From the sequence record SRR22947727_2831: a stretch of 64,000 bases of DNA; one strand, given 5' to 3'. Positions within the stretch are counted from its first letter, which is position 1, and every line of letters begins with the position of its first letter. The notes below the pieces were generated by a model. That model saw only the letters and a program-made list of their open reading frames with translations, had not been told where the DNA came from and did not search any database. Shown here piece after piece: positions 1 to 9,661 of this stretch. A program made the translations under genes and the position numbers.

Positions 1-416
1 GGTGCGTCGGCAGCGGGAGCGTCAGCGGCTGGTGCCTCAGCGGCGGGGGCCTCCTCGACGGGCTTGACCGTCTTGGGGCGAAGGACAGGCTTCTTCTTGG
101 TGTCAGGCTTGAACTCGGGCTTGGGCTCGGCAACCTGAACGGTGCTCTTAGCGCCCTTCTCACCCTTGAACTTGCCCCAGTCACCGGTCAGCTTGAGGAT
201 CGCTGCGACCTGCTCGGTGGGCTGTGCACCCACGCCGAGCCAGTACTGAGCGCGCTCAGAGTTGACCTCAATGACCGACGGGTTCTCGGTCGGGTGATAC
301 TTGCCAATTTCTTCAATGACACGACCATCACGCTTGGTGCGTGAGTCAGCGACAACGATGCGGTAGTACGGCGCACGGATTTTTCCCATGCGCTTCAAAC
401 GGATTTTTACAGCCAC
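1..416 (-). CDS. rpsP: 30S ribosomal protein S16 (3' end runs off the window)
   Basis: Manual translation from GTG at 416 gives [47 protein letters not shown], followed by an Ala/Glu/Pro-rich actinobacterial tail. Absent from the ORF track because no stop falls in the window. Confidence 0.97.
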   Translation of the reverse strand, partial: MAVKIRLKRMGKIRAPYYRIVVADSRTKRDGRVIEEIGKYHPTENPSVIEVNSERAQYWLGVGAQPTEQVAAILKLTGDWGKFKGEKGAKSTVQVAEPKPEFKPDTKKKPVLRPKTVKPVEEAPAAEAPAADAPAADA

Positions 417-584
417 GTTTCTCCAAGTAGATGAGTAGTCATAACAGCCGACGATTACGTGGGGACACAATCGACAGGACGTCTAAGGGGGAGCTCAAGC
501 GCCAGATAGAGGGTCGGGCGAAGTGCTCGAGTGCTCATTCTGTCAGATTTTCTCGCACTGTGGTGACCGCGGTGGGCTTCTGGC

Positions 585-2078
585 CTATTCGGTCGGCGAA
601 CTAGGCAAACCGAAGCTCGATCCCGCTCCACTCGAGGAGCTTTTTCCCAGAGCTTCCTGGGCCCGCTTCGCCGGGTTTCCCGAGCGTGACGAGGCTTTCT
701 TTTTGACGTTCTTCTTCTTGCCACGACCTGCGCCGCCGGGAATCGGCCCCATACCGGGAATCTGGGGTACGCCACCCTTGGCTACGGTTTTCATCATCTT
801 GGCGGCCTGGTCAAAGCGTGTGACGAGCTGGTTGACCTCGGTCACCGTGGTGCCAGAACCGTTCGCGATACGCATACGCCTGGAACCGTTCAAAACCTTG
901 GGGGTGAGGCGCTCCTTCGGCGTCATCGACTGAATGATGGCTTCGGTGCGGACCAGTTCGCCCTCGTCGATGTTGTCGATCTGGTCTTGCATTCCCCTTG
1001 CACCGGGCAGCATGCTGAGCATTCCCCCGAGCGAGCCCATCTTTTTCAGCTGCTGGAGCTGGGAGAGGAAATCCTCCAGAGTGAACGTCTCCGAGCGGAA
1101 TTTCTCTTCCAGCTCTTTGGCTTCCTCCTCATCGAAGGCTTTCTGAGCTTGCTCAATCAGCGTGAGAATGTCACCCAAATCAAGGATGCGAGACGCCATG
1201 CGGTCGGGGTGGAAGACCTCGAACTCGTCGATCTTTTCGCCAGTCGAGGCAAACAGGATGGGCCGACCGGTGACACCGGTCACACTCAGTGCCGCTCCAC
1301 CCTTCGCGTCACCATCGAGCTTGGTGAGCACGACACCGGTGAAGTCCACACCCTCCTGGAACGCTTTCGCGGTCTGGACGGCGTCCTGACCGCTCATGGA
1401 ATCGATCACGAAAAGAACTTCGTCGGGCTCGGTCACCTTGCGGATGTTTGACGCTTGCGCCATTAACTCCTGGTCCACACCCAAACGACCCGCGGTGTCG
1501 ATGATGACGACGTCGTGGGCTTTGTCATGGGCATACTTCACACCGGCTTTGGCGACACTGACCGGGTCGCCCACACCATCTCCGGGCTCGGGAGCAAAAA
1601 ATGCTGCGCCGGCGTTCTCCGCCACAATCCCCAGCTGCTTGACAGCACCCGGGCGCTGCAAGTCACAGGCCACCAGAACCGGAGTGTGACCCTGGTCAAC
1701 GAGCCACTTGGACAGCTTTCCTGCCAGCGTGGTCTTACCCGACCCCTGAAGACCCGCCAGCATGATGACCGTGGGTCCAGTCTTGGCAAAGGCAAGTCCT
1801 CTGGTTTCTCCACCCAGGATGGCGACCAATTCCTCATTGACGATGGTCACGACCTGCTGGGCAGGGTTCAAAGCCTTGTTGACATCATCCGAGAGCGCAC
1901 GCTCTCGCACTTTCGCGGTGAAATCCTTCACGACATCGAGTGCCACATCCGATTCCAGGAGAGCGCGACGAATGTCGCGCACCGTTCCATCAACATCGGC
2001 GGGGGAAAGTTTGCCCTTTTGCCTCAGCGAGGAGAAGGTGGCTGTTAAACGCTCGGAGAGAGAACCAAAGGCAGCCAT
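585..2078 (-). CDS. ffh: Signal recognition particle protein Ffh
   Basis: GLQGSGKTT, DTAGR and TKLDGDAKGG motifs plus a Met-rich M domain. Start trimmed to ATG 2078 (MAAFGSLSERL). Confidence 0.97.
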   Translation of the reverse strand: MAAFGSLSERLTATFSSLRQKGKLSPADVDGTVRDIRRALLESDVALDVVKDFTAKVRERALSDDVNKALNPAQQVVTIVNEELVAILGGETRGLAFAKTGPTVIMLAGLQGSGKTTLAGKLSKWLVDQGHTPVLVACDLQRPGAVKQLGIVAENAGAAFFAPEPGDGVGDPVSVAKAGVKYAHDKAHDVVIIDTAGRLGVDQELMAQASNIRKVTEPDEVLFVIDSMSGQDAVQTAKAFQEGVDFTGVVLTKLDGDAKGGAALSVTGVTGRPILFASTGEKIDEFEVFHPDRMASRILDLGDILTLIEQAQKAFDEEEAKELEEKFRSETFTLEDFLSQLQQLKKMGSLGGMLSMLPGARGMQDQIDNIDEGELVRTEAIIQSMTPKERLTPKVLNGSRRMRIANGSGTTVTEVNQLVTRFDQAAKMMKTVAKGGVPQIPGMGPIPGGAGRGKKKNVKKKASSRSGNPAKRAQEALGKSSSSGAGSSFGLPSSPTE

Positions 2079-2127
2079 GGTCCTCAAGATTAGCTGACAA
2101 AACTGTGCTGCCACCTATCCTGGAGGC

Positions 2128-2637
2128 ATGCCCCTGGTGCCCTTTGAGTCCCACGAACCCCAGGTTCACCCCACCGCCTTTGTGGCCGAGTCGGCCACCC
2201 TGGTGGGTCGAGTCACTCTGGGTGAGAACAGTGTGGTGATGTTTGGTGCGGTGCTGCGAGCCGATCGTGACGCCATCACACTGGGCGAAGGAAGCAATCT
2301 GCAAGACAACGTGGTGGTCCATGGTGATCCCGGGTTTCCAGCCCACATCGGCGATGGCGTCAGCGTCGGGCACTCAGCGGTGGTGCATGGAGCCACTGTC
2401 GAGGATGACTGCCTGATTGGCATGAATGCCACAGTGCTAAACGGCAGCGTGATTGGGCGGGGATCGCTCGTGGCAGCAGGTTCCGTGGTCTTGGAAGGTG
2501 AGATCATCCCTCCTGGTTCCCTCGTCGCCGGCGTTCCCGGGAAAGTCCGTCGCGAGCTCACCGAGGACGAGCGTGACGGGATTCGACGTAACGCCCTGAC
2601 CTACCAGGAGCTGGGTCGCTCCTACCGAGGCGCCTAG
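2128..2637 (+). CDS. Gamma-carbonic anhydrase family (YrdA/PaaY-like) hexapeptide-repeat protein
   Basis: Hexapeptide repeats; LRAD, SNLQDNVVVH and VGHSAVVHG metal-ligand motifs. Confidence 0.9.
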   Translation: MPLVPFESHEPQVHPTAFVAESATLVGRVTLGENSVVMFGAVLRADRDAITLGEGSNLQDNVVVHGDPGFPAHIGDGVSVGHSAVVHGATVEDDCLIGMNATVLNGSVIGRGSLVAAGSVVLEGEIIPPGSLVAGVPGKVRRELTEDERDGIRRNALTYQELGRSYRGA

Positions 2638-3515
2638 TCCTCGACGAGAGACTTTGCGAACGAGGCCGGCGCGAAACCGGTCATATCGCCAATTCCTTCG
2701 CCCTGGCCCAGCAATTTGATGGGAAGCCCCGTCTTCTCCTGGACGCTCAACACGAAGCCACCTTTGGCGCTGCCATCCACTTTGGAGAGCACAAGTCCCG
2801 TTACGCCGGCGTGCTCGAGGAAGGCTTGCGCCTGGACCACACCGTTTTGACCAGTCGTCGCGTCCAGCACCAGAAGCACCTCGGAGACCGGGGCGACCTT
2901 CTCCACGACGCGACGAATCTTGGTGAGCTCATCCATCAGACCTGATTTGGTGTGTAAACGACCGGCGGTATCGACGATCACAATGTCGATGCCCTCCTCT
3001 TTCGCCTTCGTGACAGCCTGAAAAGCAACCGAGGCCGGGTCTTGACCCTCTTTGTCCGGCCCCACCAGGGGAACACCGGCTCGATCGGCCCAGGTAGTCA
3101 ACTGCTCGACCGCAGCAGCACGGAATGTGTCCGCGGCAGCGATCACGACGCTGCGACCTGCATTAGTGAGAAACTTGGCAAACTTCCCGATGGTCGTGGT
3201 TTTCCCCACGCCATTCACGCCGACGACCATGACCACGGCGGGTCTCTCGGTGAGGCGCAGAGTCGGGTCATATTCCGCGAGCTGAGCTTCGAGAGAGTCC
3301 TTCAGGATGGCCTGAACGTCATCGGGCTTGGTGGTCCCAATACGGTCCACCTCCGCACGAACGGAGGACAGGAGAGCATCGGTGACGTCGGGGCCAAAAT
3401 CAGCACCCAGAAGAGTGTCTTCTAGGTCTTCCCAGGTCTGCTCGGTGATCTCTGGCTGAGACACCAGGTTCCGGAGCGCTTTCCCGAGTGACCACTTGCC
3501 ACTCCCCCAGGCCAT
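2634..3515 (-). CDS. ftsY: SRP receptor FtsY (NG domain only)
   Basis: GVNGVGKTTT, DTFRAAA, DTAGR and DGSAKGG motifs; GAGGA SD-like sequence upstream. Confidence 0.96.
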   Translation of the reverse strand: MAWGSGKWSLGKALRNLVSQPEITEQTWEDLEDTLLGADFGPDVTDALLSSVRAEVDRIGTTKPDDVQAILKDSLEAQLAEYDPTLRLTERPAVVMVVGVNGVGKTTTIGKFAKFLTNAGRSVVIAAADTFRAAAVEQLTTWADRAGVPLVGPDKEGQDPASVAFQAVTKAKEEGIDIVIVDTAGRLHTKSGLMDELTKIRRVVEKVAPVSEVLLVLDATTGQNGVVQAQAFLEHAGVTGLVLSKVDGSAKGGFVLSVQEKTGLPIKLLGQGEGIGDMTGFAPASFAKSLVED

Positions 3516-3518
3516 GAC

Positions 3519-3680
3519 CTAGTCCTCGCCCGCTGGTTCAAACTCCAGCGCCGGCAAAGTCTCTGAGGATTCTGGGCTTTCCTGGGTAGCCAGAGAGTAA
3601 ATCTCCAGCGAGACAATTCCTACGCTGAGGGCTCCCGCCAGGCCGATGAGTGCCCATCCAATGCGCTGATTGTTACCCAT
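3519..3680 (-). CDS. Small 53-aa single-TM protein with acidic tail (not in ORF track)
   Basis: MGNNQRIGWALIGLAGALSVGIVSLEIYSLATQESPESSETLPALEFEPAGED*. A TACTCT -10 box sits 6 nt before the ATG, and the ORF fills the smc-ftsY gap. Confidence 0.7.
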   Translation of the reverse strand: MGNNQRIGWALIGLAGALSVGIVSLEIYSLATQESPESSETLPALEFEPAGED

Positions 3681-3702
3681 AGGCCCAGAGTACCTCTCGC
3701 CC

Positions 3703-6700
3703 CTATGCGGCGGGAGCCTCAGAATCCTTCACCCGTTGACCCACCACAGCGCTCACACCGTCCTTGCGCATCGAGACTCCATAGAGGGCGTCCGCGATCT
3801 CCATCGTGCGCTTCTGGTGGGTGATGATGATCAACTGAGAGTCATCGCGAAGCGTCTGAATCACAGCCAGCAGGCGTCCCAGGTTGGAATCATCGAGCGC
3901 CGCCTCCACCTCATCGAGGATGTAGAACGGGCTGGGGCGCGCCTTGAAGATTGCGATCAGCAGCGCCACTGCCGCCAGAGAGCGCTCCCCACCAGAAAGT
4001 AGCGACAGACGTTCGATCTTCTTGCCGGCAGGCTTCACCGCAACATCAATACCGGTAGCGAGCAAGTCTTCTGGCTCGGTCAGCTTCAGTGATCCGGTTC
4101 CTCCGGGGAAGAGAATCGGGAAGACCTCATCAAATGCCTTTTGGGTGTCGGCAAAGGCTTCGGCAAAGATCGTGTGCATCGTCTCATCGAGCTCGGCCAT
4201 GATGGCTTCAAGATCCGATCGGGTTTTCTTGAGATCCGCCAGCTGTTCCGTCAAGAAGGTGTGACGAGACTCCAGTGCCTCAAACTCTTCGAGCGCCAGC
4301 GGGTTCACACGACCGAGCTGGTCGAGAGTCCGCTCTGCTTTCTTGAGCCTGGCCTCCTGTTGGCTGCGCACGAAGGGCATCTCCTCGGCGCCCTCCTCGG
4401 TGCCATCCGGGGGCACCATCTGGTCTGGCGAGTATTCGGACAGCAGTGCTTCCTCGTCGAGGCCAAGCTCCTCCAAGGCGCGCTCCAACAGGGTGGTGCG
4501 CTGGAGCTTCTTTTCATATACCTGCATCTCCAGAGAGTGCACCGAATCCGTAATCGTGGTCAGACGCTCGCGCACGGACGTCTCGCTCTGACGCAGAGCC
4601 AACAGTTCCTGATGGGAGGCCTGGCGAGCCGCCTCCGCGGCAACCAGAGCGGTCCCTGACTCTTCGACACTCTCAGCAGCAGCCTGGAGGGCTGCGGGAA
4701 GGAGACCGAGAACCTGGGAGGCTCGCTTGGCTCTGCGCACCCGTTCGAGGTGTCGGGCCTGTTCGCGCTCCCGCGCGAGCTCCTCCTGCTTCACCCGAGC
4801 AACAAGGGCTTCCACCTGATCACCCAACGCTGCGGCGCGCTGACGCGCGGCCTCCAGAGCGATGCGCGCCTCCACCTCTTCGGCGGCAATAGCATCCACC
4901 AGGGCGCGGGCTTCGAGACGCTTCGACTCGTCCACACCAGGGCGGGGTGTCTTCTCGAACTCCTCCAGGGTAACAATGCTCGCCTGGTGGTGCTCCCTGG
5001 CACCCACCAACGCTGCTTCAGAATCAGCCAGGGACTGTCCCAGTCGCGTGATTTCCTGCTGCGCGGCATCGAGTGACGCTCGAACCCTCGACACCTGCTC
5101 GCCAAACTCTGCTCGTGATGCGTCCGCTTGGCGAAGATCGGCCAGAGCAGTCTTCACCGCCTCAGCAGTCTGAGTGCGCTTTGCCTGCGCCTGTTCTGCA
5201 TCAAAAGCCAGTCTTTCAAGCTCGGTAGAAAGCGCCTCCAGAGTGGTCTTGGTGGCATCGCGCTCAGCAGCGAGCTCAAGGCGACTCTGCGCCTCACCGG
5301 AGCCCGTGCGGACGACGTGCTCACCGAAGACATCGCCCTCCCGGGTGACCACGGTCACGCCGGCGGGAACACTGCCCCAGGCTTTCTCTACTGCCGCGAA
5401 GTCATCAGCAACATAGGTGTCCGCCAGGAGCGCCAAAACACCACTGGGGCCGCTCACCACGCTGGTCGCTGGGGTGAGCCCCGGAATGTCTTTCGCGGCG
5501 ATGCTAGAGCCATCCGCAATGACGAGCTCCATGCGGTGATCAGTGCCAGCCCTCGAGGACACCACCGAAAGGGCATCTTTCTTGCTGCTCACCAAGTGAG
5601 CGTCCGCGAGGGACCCCAGTGCCCGGGCGATTGCCGTTTCAAAGCCCTTCTGAACGCTCAACGCGTCGGACACACTGCCGGTCACACCGGGCAGGGAGCC
5701 GACGTCAGCACTCTCAGAGTCGCTGCGCAAAGCGAGCTCTAGTGCGGACACCGTGGCGGCCAACGCCTCCCGCTCACGCTCAGTGGCGTGGAGGGCGTTC
5801 CGGGTCGCTGCCTCTTTCTCCTCGGCAGCAGCCAACACCTCTTCCGCTTCTGCGAGAGCTTTCTCGAACGCTTCCGCCACAGCGTCGGGAGCCTGATCCT
5901 TGGACGCCTGGACTTCCTGAAGGGCTTCCTCGGCATCGCGTGCACGGTCGGTGGCGTTTCGCAAAGCAGTCTTCCGACGCTCCAGGTCTGCCACGGCGGT
6001 GTCAACCCGGGAGCCGTGAACCTCAACCTGGGACTGGGCGGTGCGAAGCGCCTGATCCCACTCTTCTACGGCAGCTGTTGCTGCCAGAACATCCTGATCG
6101 AGAGCCGCCAGCGACGCACGTGCGGTGGCGAGCCGGGACGATATTTCTCCCACCGTGCTCTCCTGGGTCGCCATTGCGGCGATGGCCTGATCACGCTCAG
6201 ATTCTTTGTCGGCGATCATCTGGGGAGTGACCCCGGAGGAGACAACCTCTTCGCCATCACCCTCCGCCACTGCTCCAGATCGCTCTGTAGCCAAAGAGTG
6301 CAGGGCCTGCAAGCGCTCGTGAACCCGACGCAGAGAGAAGTCGATACTCCGAGCAGTGTCGAGCTCCACGTCGTTGATGCCCGACTCGAGCTGGGCGATG
6401 CGGCGGCGGTAGCCATCGAGTTGCTCTTGGAGCGTGGCACGCTCCGTGCCGCGCTCTTGCTCGCTCTGGTGGAAGGACTCCAGTGCGTGGGTGAGGGACA
6501 CCAGATCATCGGCGAGGACACGCGCTTTGGCATCCCGGACGATGGCTTGGATGGTTTGCGCTTGCTTAGCGATTTCTGCCTGGCGTCCCAGCGGGGTCAG
6601 TTGGCGACGAATTTCGCCGGCGAGGTCGTTCAACCGGGTGAGGTTGGCCTGCATGGATTCGAGTTTGCGCACCGTCTTCTCTTTGCGGCGGCGGTGCTTG

Positions 6701-7203
6701 AGAATTCCGGCAGCCTCTTCGATGAAGCGTCGACGGTCTTCAGGGCTCGCGTGCAAAATCTGATCGAGTTGACCCTGACCCACGATGACGTGCATTTCTC
6801 GACCAAGACCACTGTCACTCAGGAGCTCTTGAACGTCGAGAAGTCGACAGGGTTCCTTGTTAATCGCATACTCGCTCCCCCCGTTACGAAACAGGGTTCG
6901 GGAGATGGTGACCTCGGTGTAGTCAATGGGCAGAGCGCCATCAGAGTTGTCAATGGTCAGAATGACTTCAGCGCGACCGAGAGGTGCTTTGTTCGCGGTT
7001 CCCGCGAAGATGACGTCTTCCATGGACCCACCACGAAGCGTTTTTGCACCCTGCTCACCCATAACCCAGGCGAGAGCGTCCACGACATTGGATTTTCCGG
7101 AACCATTGGGCCCCACCACACAGGTGACACCGGGTTCAAAGTCGAAGGTGGTGGGTTGAGCGAAGGACTTAAATCCCTTAAGGGTGAGGGATTTCAGATG
7201 CAC
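3703..7203 (-). CDS. smc: Chromosome segregation protein SMC
   Basis: HLKSLTLKGFKSF, Walker A GPNGSGKSN, coiled coils, hinge, LSGGERSL signature and ILDEVEAALD. Start trimmed to GTG 7203. Confidence 0.97.
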   Translation of the reverse strand: MHLKSLTLKGFKSFAQPTTFDFEPGVTCVVGPNGSGKSNVVDALAWVMGEQGAKTLRGGSMEDVIFAGTANKAPLGRAEVILTIDNSDGALPIDYTEVTISRTLFRNGGSEYAINKEPCRLLDVQELLSDSGLGREMHVIVGQGQLDQILHASPEDRRRFIEEAAGILKHRRRKEKTVRKLESMQANLTRLNDLAGEIRRQLTPLGRQAEIAKQAQTIQAIVRDAKARVLADDLVSLTHALESFHQSEQERGTERATLQEQLDGYRRRIAQLESGINDVELDTARSIDFSLRRVHERLQALHSLATERSGAVAEGDGEEVVSSGVTPQMIADKESERDQAIAAMATQESTVGEISSRLATARASLAALDQDVLAATAAVEEWDQALRTAQSQVEVHGSRVDTAVADLERRKTALRNATDRARDAEEALQEVQASKDQAPDAVAEAFEKALAEAEEVLAAAEEKEAATRNALHATEREREALAATVSALELALRSDSESADVGSLPGVTGSVSDALSVQKGFETAIARALGSLADAHLVSSKKDALSVVSSRAGTDHRMELVIADGSSIAAKDIPGLTPATSVVSGPSGVLALLADTYVADDFAAVEKAWGSVPAGVTVVTREGDVFGEHVVRTGSGEAQSRLELAAERDATKTTLEALSTELERLAFDAEQAQAKRTQTAEAVKTALADLRQADASRAEFGEQVSRVRASLDAAQQEITRLGQSLADSEAALVGAREHHQASIVTLEEFEKTPRPGVDESKRLEARALVDAIAAEEVEARIALEAARQRAAALGDQVEALVARVKQEELAREREQARHLERVRRAKRASQVLGLLPAALQAAAESVEESGTALVAAEAARQASHQELLALRQSETSVRERLTTITDSVHSLEMQVYEKKLQRTTLLERALEELGLDEEALLSEYSPDQMVPPDGTEEGAEEMPFVRSQQEARLKKAERTLDQLGRVNPLALEEFEALESRHTFLTEQLADLKKTRSDLEAIMAELDETMHTIFAEAFADTQKAFDEVFPILFPGGTGSLKLTEPEDLLATGIDVAVKPAGKKIERLSLLSGGERSLAAVALLIAIFKARPSPFYILDEVEAALDDSNLGRLLAVIQTLRDDSQLIIITHQKRTMEIADALYGVSMRKDGVSAVVGQRVKDSEAPAA

Positions 7204-7260
7204 CTGCCCACCAACCTTCCGAGATGACGCGAAGAAAGTGTGCACTTCGCACCCTCAAAC

Positions 7261-8163
7261 CTACCGGTTTCTGGGGGTCCTTTGGCAGGAGGGACACCGG
7301 TGGGAGGAGCGGTTCATGAACGGCTCACGGCGAATGATTCCCCCACACCGATCACACGGTGTTCCCTGGCGCCCATAGGCGTGCAAGGAGTGCGCAAAGT
7401 ATCCAGCTTGGCCATTCACGTTGACGTACTGGCTATCAAAACTTGTCCCACCCTCCGCTAGCGCCTTCTGCAAAACTGCTCGCACTTCGCCGAGCAACTC
7501 TCGAACTCTGGCAGGCGTGAGCCGCTTCGTGGGGGTCAGGTAGTGCAGCTTCGCTCCCCACAGCGCCTCGTCCGCATAGATATTGCCGATGCCACTGATC
7601 AGATTCTGATCCAGTAGCGCGCGCTTGATGTCGGTGTTTTTGGCTCGCAAAGCCCGGGAGAACGCACGGTCATCAAAATGCGGGTCCAGGGGGTCTCTCT
7701 GGATGTGGGCAACAGACCGAGGAATACGAGAGTCGTCAGAGCCCCTGCCTGCGGGAGCCCCATCCGGGGTGGGAATCAGTTCATCAATCGCCATGGAACC
7801 AAAAATGCGTTGATCGACAAATCCCACGACCATCGGATCACCCTCGGCAGTGGTGATGTCGAATCGAATACGCAGCAGTGACCCAAAATCGGAGCTCTCA
7901 TCACCCAAGTGCACTTGCCCACTCATCCCCAGGTGCACGACCAGGGCTTCCTGGGTGCCGTGGAGCGGAAACCAGAGAAACTTGCCGCGGCGAATCGCTG
8001 CGTCGACGACCTGACCTTCGAGGCGCTCGACAAAATCCTCCGGCGGACCCGGGTGACGCTTCAGGCTCCGAGGCTCCAGAACGTCGACCCGGTCAATTCT
8101 CGCGCCCCGGAGCGCTGGCTCGAGCCCTGCTCGCACCACCTCAACTTCGGGAAGTTCAGGCAT
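7261..8163 (-). CDS. mutM: Formamidopyrimidine-DNA glycosylase
   Basis: N-terminal MPELPEVE, RRGKFL, HLGMSG, GIGNIYADE and a C4 zinc finger. Confidence 0.97.
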   Translation of the reverse strand: MPELPEVEVVRAGLEPALRGARIDRVDVLEPRSLKRHPGPPEDFVERLEGQVVDAAIRRGKFLWFPLHGTQEALVVHLGMSGQVHLGDESSDFGSLLRIRFDITTAEGDPMVVGFVDQRIFGSMAIDELIPTPDGAPAGRGSDDSRIPRSVAHIQRDPLDPHFDDRAFSRALRAKNTDIKRALLDQNLISGIGNIYADEALWGAKLHYLTPTKRLTPARVRELLGEVRAVLQKALAEGGTSFDSQYVNVNGQAGYFAHSLHAYGRQGTPCDRCGGIIRREPFMNRSSHRCPSCQRTPRNR

Positions 8164-8893
8164 TGCTGGAGCGTGGCCCGCGGAGAGAGTCCAACGCTGC
8201 CTGGGCGGCCGCTAGCTCAGCAGCTTTCTTGGAACTGCCGGTGCCGTGTCCCACGGCGGTGCTGGAGCGGTCATGACCATCCAGGAACACATCGGCGGTG
8301 AAGACTTTCTGGTGATCAGGGCCTGAATCGGTGATGTTGTATTTCGGGACACCGTGATTGTGGGCGGCGGCCCACTCCTGCAAAGCAGTCTTGGGGTCAC
8401 TGGATTCGCGCAACTCGTCGGCGCGCTTGACGAGATCCCCCATCAGGCGATGCACCGCATCGTGGGCGGCCTGCGGGCCCTTATCCAAAAAGATGGCTCC
8501 TACGAGGGCTTCCAGGGCGTCTGCCAACAGAGAGGGCTTCTCGCGACCACCGGTGAGTTCTTCTCCGCGGCCCAGGCGCAGGTAGCCACCGAGGCTGATG
8601 CCTCTCGCTACCTCGGCGAGCGCACCCGTCGAGACAATGCTCGCGCGACGCTTCGCCAATTCACCCTCGGGAAGATCCGGGTAGTGGTGATACAGAGCAG
8701 CGGTAATCGCCTGGCCCACGACGGCGTCACCCAAAAATTCAAGGCGCTCGTTATCGAGTCCCCCCTGCTCGTAGGCGTAGGAGGAGTGGGTCAGCGATTG
8801 CTGGAGAATCTCCGGCGACAGATCAACGCCCACCGCGGTGAGCAGTGTGCTGGGGTCCAAAGCCTCGGAGGCTTCGTCGATACCCTCTGGCAC
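8156..8893 (-). CDS. rnc: Ribonuclease III
   Basis: NERLEFLGDAV signature and C-terminal dsRBD (DPKTALQE...GSSKKAAE). Confidence 0.97.
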   Translation of the reverse strand: MPEGIDEASEALDPSTLLTAVGVDLSPEILQQSLTHSSYAYEQGGLDNERLEFLGDAVVGQAITAALYHHYPDLPEGELAKRRASIVSTGALAEVARGISLGGYLRLGRGEELTGGREKPSLLADALEALVGAIFLDKGPQAAHDAVHRLMGDLVKRADELRESSDPKTALQEWAAAHNHGVPKYNITDSGPDHQKVFTADVFLDGHDRSSTAVGHGTGSSKKAAELAAAQAALDSLRGPRSSNA

Positions 8894-8894
8894 G

Positions 8895-9098
8895 TTAGAC
8901 GTCGGCGACCTTGCGGCCCTTGTATTCCATGAACAGCGGGGTGCCAGCAGAGTCCTCGACCACGCGGGCGCGGTGCGGGAGGCTGTAGACGGTCTTGCCG
9001 TTCTCGACGCTCTTGACCAGGGTGGGTACCTCAGCCTTCCACGCCGAACGACGGTGACGAGTGTTCGAGCGCGACATTTTCCGCTTGGGTACAGCCAT
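8895..9098 (-). CDS. rpmF: 50S ribosomal protein L32
   Basis: [18 protein letters not shown]; yceD-rpmF-rnc synteny. Confidence 0.97.
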   Translation of the reverse strand: MAVPKRKMSRSNTRHRRSAWKAEVPTLVKSVENGKTVYSLPHRARVVEDSAGTPLFMEYKGRKVADV

Positions 9099-9121
9099 GA
9101 TCTTCTGCTTTCGTAGGGGTC

Positions 9122-9652
9122 TTAGGGTTTCTCAGGATCAGACTCGAGAAGCTTACTGAGTTCCTGCCATCTCGGGTCAATCTCATCCGCCACGTTCTCA
9201 CCCGGCGGTTCTGTGCGCTTCTCGCCAGTGGCCGGGTCTAATCCGTAGCAGTCCTCTTTGCACACAGGTTGGAAGGGAAGTTCAAGAACAACCGCATCCC
9301 GAATGATGTCCTCAAGATTGAGGGAGTCATCCACCACCGTGTACGAATCGGAATCGCTAGAAGAATACGCGAAAAGCTCCTGAAAATCGACCCGGAGCTC
9401 AAAGCTGAAGGGGTCAAGACACCGCACACACTCGGCGTGAGCCTCCACCGCGACATCCGCGGTGGCCAAAATACCCTCATGGAGACCCTCGAGACGCAGC
9501 TCGAGAGTCATGGGTGTTCCCTGGGGAACAGTGGCCATCGCCTCACCGTACTTTTCGGGTGCCACCAGCTCGAGCGTGAGCTCGCGCATCTCCCCTGCCT
9601 GGTGGACAAGGTCTTTGACCCCTACGACGAGAGGATTTTTGCTGGTGGCCAT
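9122..9652 (-). CDS. YceD/DUF177 family protein
   Basis: CVRCL and [13 protein letters not shown] motifs, DPRW C-terminus; lies upstream of rpmF. Confidence 0.92.
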   Translation of the reverse strand: MATSKNPLVVGVKDLVHQAGEMRELTLELVAPEKYGEAMATVPQGTPMTLELRLEGLHEGILATADVAVEAHAECVRCLDPFSFELRVDFQELFAYSSSDSDSYTVVDDSLNLEDIIRDAVVLELPFQPVCKEDCYGLDPATGEKRTEPPGENVADEIDPRWQELSKLLESDPEKP

Positions 9653-9661
9653 GCCCCCAGT

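Noticed and set aside
5788-7227. 479-aa plus-strand ORF, and similar long ORFs at 9269-10369, 48301-49233 and 50906-51718
   Set aside because: These are antisense shadows of smc, the aminotransferase/yceD, fbaA and xseA. They have no recognisable motifs and are expected in high-GC coding DNA.
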